A DNA stretch of 63,121 nt, the filler included, from Octopus bimaculoides (lineage: Eukaryota): NCBI RefSeq assembly GCF_001194135.2. It is 5 parts of 5 records of this genome, joined end to end, with 100 filler letters (N's around TTAATTAATTAA, not from the genome) between each part and the next. Parts side by side here need not be neighbours in the genome. Positions count along the whole stretch, not along the records: positions 15,761 to 45,853 come from NC_068991.1; 4 more parts are not named here. One strand, 5' to 3'. Below are positions 28,474 through 37,627 of this stretch, one piece after another (position 1 is the first letter of the stretch; every line of letters starts with the position of its first letter). The notes below the pieces were generated by a model. The model was not told the DNA's origin. It saw nothing but the letters and a program-made list of their open reading frames with translations, and did no database searches. The translations under genes and the position numbers were made by a program.

Positions 28474-30786
28474 GTGCCATGTAAAAGCACTTGTGCGGCA
28501 ACACATAAAAGCACCCGTGTGGTTTCACATAAATGCACCCATGCAGCTCCAGGTAAAAAGCACCAGTGCAGTGCCACATAAAGCACCTGTACAGTACCAT
28601 GTAAAAAGCACCCAGTACACTCTGTAAAGTAGTTGGGTTTGGAAGGGAATCCTGCCATAGAAACCATGCCAAATCAGACTGGAGTCTGGTGCAGCACCCC
28701 AGCTTACCAGCTCCTGTCAAGCCGTCCAACCCATGCCAGCATGGACAAAAGATGTTAAATGATGAGGATGGTCACAATATATATATATATATATCAAAAT
28801 TATGTATATACACGATTCACAGGCAAATTACTGCAGTTTCCATCTGAAATTAAATTTCTTACAGACATGCTTTGAAAATTGCCCTGGCAGTGGCCAGCTA
28901 GAACTCCAGATGTATTTGGACCTTGTCAATGATGTCTATTTACAGTCACATACCTAAAAGAAATATTTCAATCTGATATGTAGGAAACAGTGAATAATAC
29001 ATACAATGATATTGCAAGTAGTTACTGGCCCGAATAAAAATCCATTGAACACAATTGAAGAGGCATTTATAAGAGGTTTTATCTTGGATGAAAACCACAG
29101 TATCTTGCCTGTTGGTATACATTAAGTATGATACGTACATGGCAATTTTAATTTAATAATGTTTAACTTGCTTATAACAAATAATATTTGTATTTTATAA
29201 TGTCCAAAAACAAGTAACAACTTCAAGTTAAGTTTTAGCTATCGAAATGTAACTGGCAGTCAATGGAAAGTGGATTTACACGTGCGCACACATAGTGGCT
29301 ATTATATATTTATAACATTAACTAATCCATAAGGTAATGAGTTCAAATACTGACCTGACTGCTTCTTTGAAACATGCTTTCATGAAAGGCAGCTCCTGTA
29401 GCATCTCTGCCGTGACAGTTTCACTGTCACCCACAACACTCTGGATTTCTTTGTAGAGCTGCTCTTGGGCATCTGGGTTATTTGCCAGGCAATACAGGAT
29501 CCATGAAGTGCTGGTTGATACCTGCAGTGTGTAACAATGATACTTAATACAATTCTATATTTGTGAGACGAGAAATTTATGTTATGGATACTATTTATAG
29601 TTGGACTGGCATCCCCATCTTGATTGTTGATTTCATTATATTTTCTTTATGTATCTTGTGCTGAACTCAGTTGTTGTATTGGAATTTTGAATACAACAAC
29701 CAAGTTCACCACAAGACACCTGAAGATGGCAGGAGCATACAACAGCCAAAACATAATCAATCAAGATGATGACATCGGTCCAACTAATATAAACAGTGTA
29801 CATAGTGACACTTAAGTTCCTGCTGGAAACTATATATTACTTATTAACCTTTTGCGTATCTTGTGTGTCACATATGATACACTAGACATATTTCCCTGGT
29901 GTCCATGCATCATATGTGATATGCATTTTCAATGTTTTCAACCACCAGAGCTTTATATTAATCAGAGTGTCTGAAACAAGGTCTAAGTATAAGTCAGAAA
30001 ACAAGCTGAGTCATTCAGGACAAACTTATGAAAATGCTTTGAGCAGGCAAAAGGTTAAAATTAATAAATAAATAAATGTGCCCTTTTAAAGCCAAGCCAG
30101 GCCCATGGGCCCAGTTTTCCGGTTTCAATGGCATATGTGTTCCCCAGCTGGACGGGACGCCGTCCATCGCAGCGTTACTCATTTTTGCCAGCTGAGTGGA
30201 CTGGAGCAACGTGAAATGAAGTGTTTTGCTCAAGAACACAACGCGTCGCCTGGTCCAGGAATCGAAACCACAATCTTACGATCATGATGCTGACACCCTA
30301 ACCACTAAGCCACACGCCTCCACTAAAAGGTTAAAATTAGTATGAAAAACCTTCAATCATAGATCTGCTGGATCAACAACAAACAGCAACAACACCCCCA
30401 GAAGAATGAAAAGCCAAATTGACCTTGGTGGGATTTGAAGCAAGAACATAAAGCGACATAACTAAGTCCTCTCTCTCCCTCCCTCCCCCCTCTCTCTCTC
30501 TCTTTCTCACTCTCTATTTCTTTCTTGTAAGTTGCAAATCCAACATGGTACTGAGTGCCATACTATAACAGGTAGAAGACTAACTCACTGATTCAACAGA
30601 TGCCATCAAAAGTTCTATAGCCATATGGATTGATTCTTTCATAGTGAGGAGTTTCTGAGACACAAGGTGTGTGAGTAGCTCATTATTTGTTTGTTTGTCT
30701 TCATCTGTTTCACTGGATAGCATAAGTTCTTGTGCCTTTTCCAGTTTCTAAAGAGGTAGTGAAAAACACGAAAGATAATCATGAAA

Positions 30787-30829
<43 letters not shown>

Positions 30830-31045
30830 GTCCTGATGCAGTACCAGGCACTGGCTCTCTTATTGGAAGTGTTATCATGTTACATGTTTTGCCTTGGTGT
30901 AAAAGATAGGCTACAGCAAATATTCTGCACAATATCACAGATTTGCTTGTCAGTTGTTTGATCTTAACCAGTTGAACAACATCCCTTAGTGGTTGATGAT
31001 TTGTGCATCTCTGATCATGAGCAAGAGTAGTCAGGAAGCATCATG

Positions 31046-31084
<39 letters not shown>

Positions 31085-32376
31085 AGAATTCACAAAAAAA
31101 CAACAGACAAAGACAGGTGGTAGAAAACAAACAGATGTATTAGTATAACGCACAGGAAGGTGGGGTAGGAGTGCGTAGGGGTGCGATGGGCTTATGAGGG
31201 AGGCTTTACGATGAAGGGGGAAGGGGAAGGTGGGTATGAGAGAAAGAGAGTAAGAGAGAAGAGAGAAAGAGAGTAGGGGTGAAGAGAAGTAGGAGTCAGA
31301 GCAAGAGAGGAGAGGTGGATGGGAGGAAGTAGGAGGGAGGGGAGAGGGGTGGGAGGAAGTAGGAGAGAGAAAGTGGGTATGAGAGAAGAAAGAAAGAGAG
31401 TAAAAGAGAAGAGAGAAAGAGAATAGGGGTGAAGAGAAGTAAGAGTGAAGAGAAGTAAAGAAAAGTAGGAGACAGAGCAAGAGAGGAGAGGTGGGTGGGA
31501 GGAAGTAGGAGGGAGGGGGATAGAGGCAGAGAGGCAAGGGGAGGAGGTTAGATGAAGAGGAGTGGAGAGTTGAGCCCATGTGGCACAAAGGAGCGAAGAG
31601 AGAAGATTAATCCCTGTTCACGGTTCAAACGGGAGTCCGGATGGCCCTTTAAGAATCAAAGTTAGGCAAATCAAGTTCATCTATACATTCATATTTATTC
31701 AGCCCTAGACCCAATATTCATGAATTTTTCCGAATTTATGACTTTGTTTTATAATCTGTAAGTTGATCTATATATGTATTTATTTTTTCAATATATTTTC
31801 ATATGTCTATTGTTGATGTATTGATTACTCTATATGTTTTTATATATCGATTATATACTTTTGATATGTTTGATATATTGAATATACTTTCAGAGAAATT
31901 CATGCACGTTGGATCTGGGGCTGAATAGATATAAATGTATATGTGAACTTGATTTGCCTAACATTGATTCTTACTTCTACATTATTCTAACACCTCAGGT
32001 TTAATATCCTGAGCACTTCAAAGTGAAGTCTATGCATTGGAGGAAATATTTTTCTTTATAATCATATATATGTATATATATTGGAATGTTTGGAGGTGAT
32101 GTACAGGAAATATATATTGGAAAAAATAAGGTACTCAGATATCTGGATGGTTGTACATTTACAGGTTTTTATTAATATGTCACATGTCTTATAGATATTA
32201 GCGCTTGCACCTATTCTTGTAGGTTCTTCAAATATAAAGAAGAACCTACAAGAATAGCTGCAAGCGGTAATATTTATAAAACATGTGACATATTAATAAA
32301 AATCTGTAAACGTACAACCATCCAGATATCTGAGTACCTTATTATCTTTTCCAGTATATATATATATATATGTATG

Positions 32377-32412
<36 letters not shown>

Positions 32413-35069
32413 GATGGGGGTTAGAGGGAGTGAGTGTGTAAATATTAAACACTTGAAAATAGTGAGGTGTTTAATATGGTCAGAGGTAAAGCAATCAAAA
32501 TTCGTTGTAACAGACAAATGTAGTAAAACATGAAATATATAACTGGAAAATTTTTAGTTGCTATAGCAATAACTCATCTAAAAATATATGCATGTGTAAG
32601 CAAAAGGTTCTCAATAGACAATTCTAAAATTAAAACGTTGTGGTGTGTATAGGGTCAGTGAGAAGGAGGTTACTTACTTTTTTAAGTAAAGATGATCCTA
32701 TGGAAACCAGCTGATCATTGTAATGCTCAAATTCTCGCCACCGTTTTGTTCGAAATATTTTATAGAGTGGCATACTGAACAAAAGGTAATTGAGATGGCC
32801 AAGGAATCCTTGAAGGTTTTTCACAAAATCAATAGCAATTGAAGGTGGGTTTGCTTCCAGACAACCCAATCTCTCATTGAACAGCATTACTCCAGCAGCT
32901 GTAGTTGTTAGAAAATATATACTGTGTTGAAGAGATGACAATGATGATGATGGTAGGAGTGGTGGTGAAACAGTACTAAGGATAATAAAATGAAAGTAAA
33001 AACATTTCCAAAAATAATAATGATAATTGCAGTAGAGTGACTGTGTGAACGGTACCAGAGGGCCAAATGGATATGTGATGGGTAAATAGCAGATTAAATC
33101 TACCACTGGAAACAGTCATAGTCTTTGAGACAGCCTTCAGTTTCCAAATGCCAAAATTCACTCACAAGGAAGTGATTGAACCCAAAGCTATAGCAGAGCA
33201 CACGTCACCAAAGTGCTGTGAAGTGAGATCTAACTTTACAACTTCACAGCCATACCTGTAGAAGATCAGAGGGGAAGAATTTTCTAAAGTTTTGAAGAAG
33301 AGGATCAGTCCTTGGGATAAATATTCAGGTATGTTATATATGTAAGGGTCACTAGTCCCAGAACATTTTCTTTCCTTTTTCTTTTTTCTCTTTTTTTATT
33401 TTGACACAAAACATTGGTTTTAGAGGAAAAAGGTATCGAATAAATTGTGTACTTTGTCAACTGTCATTATCATCATCATCATCAGCATCTTAACATCCAC
33501 TCTTCTATGCTTTCATGAGTCAGACAAAATTCATTGAGACAGATTTCTATGACTTCCAGGCACTAACCCTCACCTGTTTGCAAAGCAAGTTAATATTTCC
33601 CCGTGGCCAGACTTTTTTCCACTGAAGATCGGAAATGGATCCAGTATAACATTTACAAATATTACATAATGTGAAAACAAAGCGGTACTAGTATGCACAT
33701 GCATGTGCGGACATGCATACACACACACACACAAACACGTAGGTGCAGAAGTTTGATTTCCAACCATATGGTTTCAGGTTCAGTCCCACCACATGGCACT
33801 TTGACTAAGTGTCTTCTACTGAGTATAAAACAGAAAATTTTCTGGTAGGGGTAGGGAAAGTCATCTTTGACAGATTAGTATCCTATCCCTGTGAAATTAA
33901 TCTCACACTCACTTAACCATACAAAAGCTGGAATAAAGTGTAGCTGATGCTGTGGAGCTTTATGGAATAAAAAGAAAATAACTGATGTTGCTTTTGGTTA
34001 TTTTTCTTTCTAATGGTGAAAGCATATAGCCCAATGGTTAGGGTGTTGCACTCATGAATGCAAAGTTGTGATTTTGATTCCAGACTGGTTGATGTGTTGT
34101 GTTCTAGAGCAAAACACTTCCATTCATGTTATTCCAGTCCTCTCAGCTGTAAAAGAGTAACCCTGCAATGACCTGACATCCCATCGAAGGACAATGCTGT
34201 TATCTCAATCAATTATACACCATAGAAACCTGGTAGCCAGCCCTAGGAGACCTAGGACCTGAGAAAATACTAATAATATAAAATAATATAAAATACTCAC
34301 TTTCCATTGACCATCGGAAAAGTTCTTGTCGGAGATCTTCAGTTTCACCATTATTTTTATGTGTTAAACATCCCAGTCTGTGAACAAAGTCATTTGCTAC
34401 GGCATTTTTGGCGGGAATGTGACAAGTAATCATTTTAGGTACTAGCAGTTTCTTGCTCAGTATTTTTCGGTACCTATGCCAGACCTCACCCTGCCTGAAA
34501 TACATATGTAATTGGCTCAGAATATTTAATAAATATTAAATATATTAAATATATTGAATATATATTAACCCTTTAGCAATCAGATTACTCTATCAACTGT
34601 AATGCTTATCTATTCATGTTGTTTTGTATCAATCATGCTTTATCTTGTAGCTCTGAGTCTTTGATGATGTGATTATTTCTTTTCAGAATGATACTGTAGG
34701 GTAAGTATAAGGGGCCAGATCTGGCCAGTATAAACATAAAAGAAATAGAATATTTGGGCCTGATATGGCTGGTTTGAATGCTAAAGGGTTAAATAGATAA
34801 AACAGATAGAAATATATACGTTTGATATATATTTATATAGAACATCAAATAAATATATAGTACAAAGATATAAATATATAGAAATGGTATATTGATTTGT
34901 ATTGTGTGCAGTATATACATTTACCTATTATTTAAACATAATAGGTCATGCATTCAGTTGAGAAAAAAATTAAGGGCTACAATAAAAGCAAATGCTGGTC
35001 ATTTTGAATTGTGAATATATGTAAAATATTTGTCAATAAATATAACAACCAACTTGAAAACATTCACTG

Positions 35070-35100
<31 letters not shown>

Positions 35101-35352
35101 TAGACACACACATATACATATAGACACACATATATATATGTATGTATGTATATATACATGCTCACAATAAATATATATATCTACTGGTAATATTTCAGAT
35201 ATTCAATTTGATTGTCACTAATTTTGGATAGACTTGATAACATTTTGTTAACATATATTTTTGAGGATATAATATTAATTTGAATTATATTTTCTATATA
35301 TATGTATATGCATGTGTGTGTATATGTGTATGTATGTGTGTGTGTGTATGTA

Positions 35353-35412
<60 letters not shown>

Positions 35413-35572
35413 GATAGATAGATAGATAGTTAGATAGATAGAAATACACATAAACACACACGCACATATATATATATATACACATATACACATATATATA
35501 TGTATGCATGTATGTATATGTATATGTATATATATGTACATATATATACATATATATATATCTGTATGTATG

Positions 35573-35618
<46 letters not shown>

Positions 35619-37552
35619 TATATTCATGTTGATGCAATAGAAACAATTGTCAGCTTTATAAAGTGAAATGTATAATAAAGATGTAATTTTCGCTATATAT
35701 ATATTTTTTGTTTTATATATATATATACGTATATACTCTCACACATATATATTCATCTGTATATTCCTCTATCTCTCTCCCATTTTCTATTTATCTCACC
35801 CTTTCTATCCTCATAAGATATAGACTATAACCAGAAGTATGCAGTAGGTGTAAAGGGACATGAAGTAACCCACCCATGAACAAAACCAGTGGCACAGGTT
35901 CACTTCTCCAAGAGCTTCCCACAACTCATTTTTACAGTATGCATTAGTAAGGCACCAAATCTTTGGCCACCAGTCTTTTCTTCTGCTAGAAATAGCAGCT
36001 GAATTTCTTTAATCCTTTAGCATTTTAAACTGGCTATATCCAACCAAAATATTCTACCTGCTTTATGTTCTAACTGATCAGATCAGGCCTCTGACACCTA
36101 CCCAACAATGTCATTCTGAAAATTTAGAATCACATCATGGAAATCTCAAAGCCATGAGACAAAATTAATTCAAAATGATGTCAGTAAATAAAATACATTT
36201 GACAGAATGATCTGAATGCTAAAGGATCAAATCACATCTTAAAAACAGAATAAGGGAAAGGCTGGAATGCTTTTGGTTAACCCTTTAGCAATCAGATTAC
36301 TCTATCAAATGTAATGCTTATTTATTCATGTTAATCAGGGCTAATCTACATTTGAATAACAACAACGACAACTAAGATTGCACATCACATCCCATACCAG
36401 GGTGGTAGCCATCTGATGATGATGTGTCTGTATCTCATCAGTTTCTTTCAGCAAAAAATAAATATCATCATCATCATCATCATCACCGTTTTCGTTGTCA
36501 TCATCATCTTTGTCATTGTTGACACCACCAAAACCACCACCACCACCAAAACCACCACTACTACCACTACCTCCATCACTACCACCACCACCACCACCAC
36601 CACCATAGCCACCCATCAACACCACCATTATAATCATCATTAAGGTCATTATAACCATCTTTATATTAAAAATGCTTCTTGTGTATACTCACGAGTTAAA
36701 TATACCAATTTCCAAATCCTTTTCCCTCCGGTAGTGAGCCAAAGGTTCCAATGGGGGTCTGATTGGTTGACGACCATCTGCACGGATAACATTCATGTAT
36801 TCTTCAGCATTTGAAATTGAGATGATTTCTTCTGGACCAAGAGTTTCTTTGATAATTTCACCATATTTCTCCGACCTTTTATGAAATATCTGAAAGACAA
36901 AGATGGGCCTGACGTTTAAGAAACAGTGAAGAGGTCTCATTTGAAATATATATATATATTATATNNNNNNNNNNNNNNNNNNNNNNNNNNNNNNNNNNNN
37001 NNNNNNNNNNNNNNNNNNNNNNNNNNNNNNNNNNNNNNNNNNNNNNNNTGTGTATTTACGTAAAAGATTATAACGGTCGTATTTTTCAACCAATTTTCTC
37101 AAAACTGGGAATATACACTACTTATGTTCCAGGGATGGTTTTAGACTCTTAAAATTTTTCACATAATGAGTAACAGGCCCCCTCGGGGCAGAAAACACTT
37201 GTTCTTGGGTTACGTGGAGAAGGGAGGTATCTCTTTGTGAAGTAACTTTCAGAAATTGATTGTCTCCCTTACAGCCATTGGACATTTAAAAAAAACATAA
37301 AGTATATTGTTTTTTATATTAGATTCACATCTTTGGAAGATTTTTAAAATATTTACTTCTGGTTTTCTAGCATCAGTGACGTCTATATATCTCTATATCT
37401 CTCTATCCATCTCTCTCTATCTCTCTCTATCTCTCTATATCTCTCTATCTATCTCTATCTGTATATCTATCTATCTCTCTGTATCTATCTGTCTATATCT
37501 TATCTATCTATCTATATCTATCTTATTTGCCTAACTAGCTCTCTCACACACA

Positions 37553-37627
<75 letters not shown>

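Noticed and set aside
36341-36658. Gly/Asp-rich minus-strand ORF next to exon C
   Set aside because: Trinucleotide low complexity in the intron; exon C has a clear GTGAGT donor at 36692.
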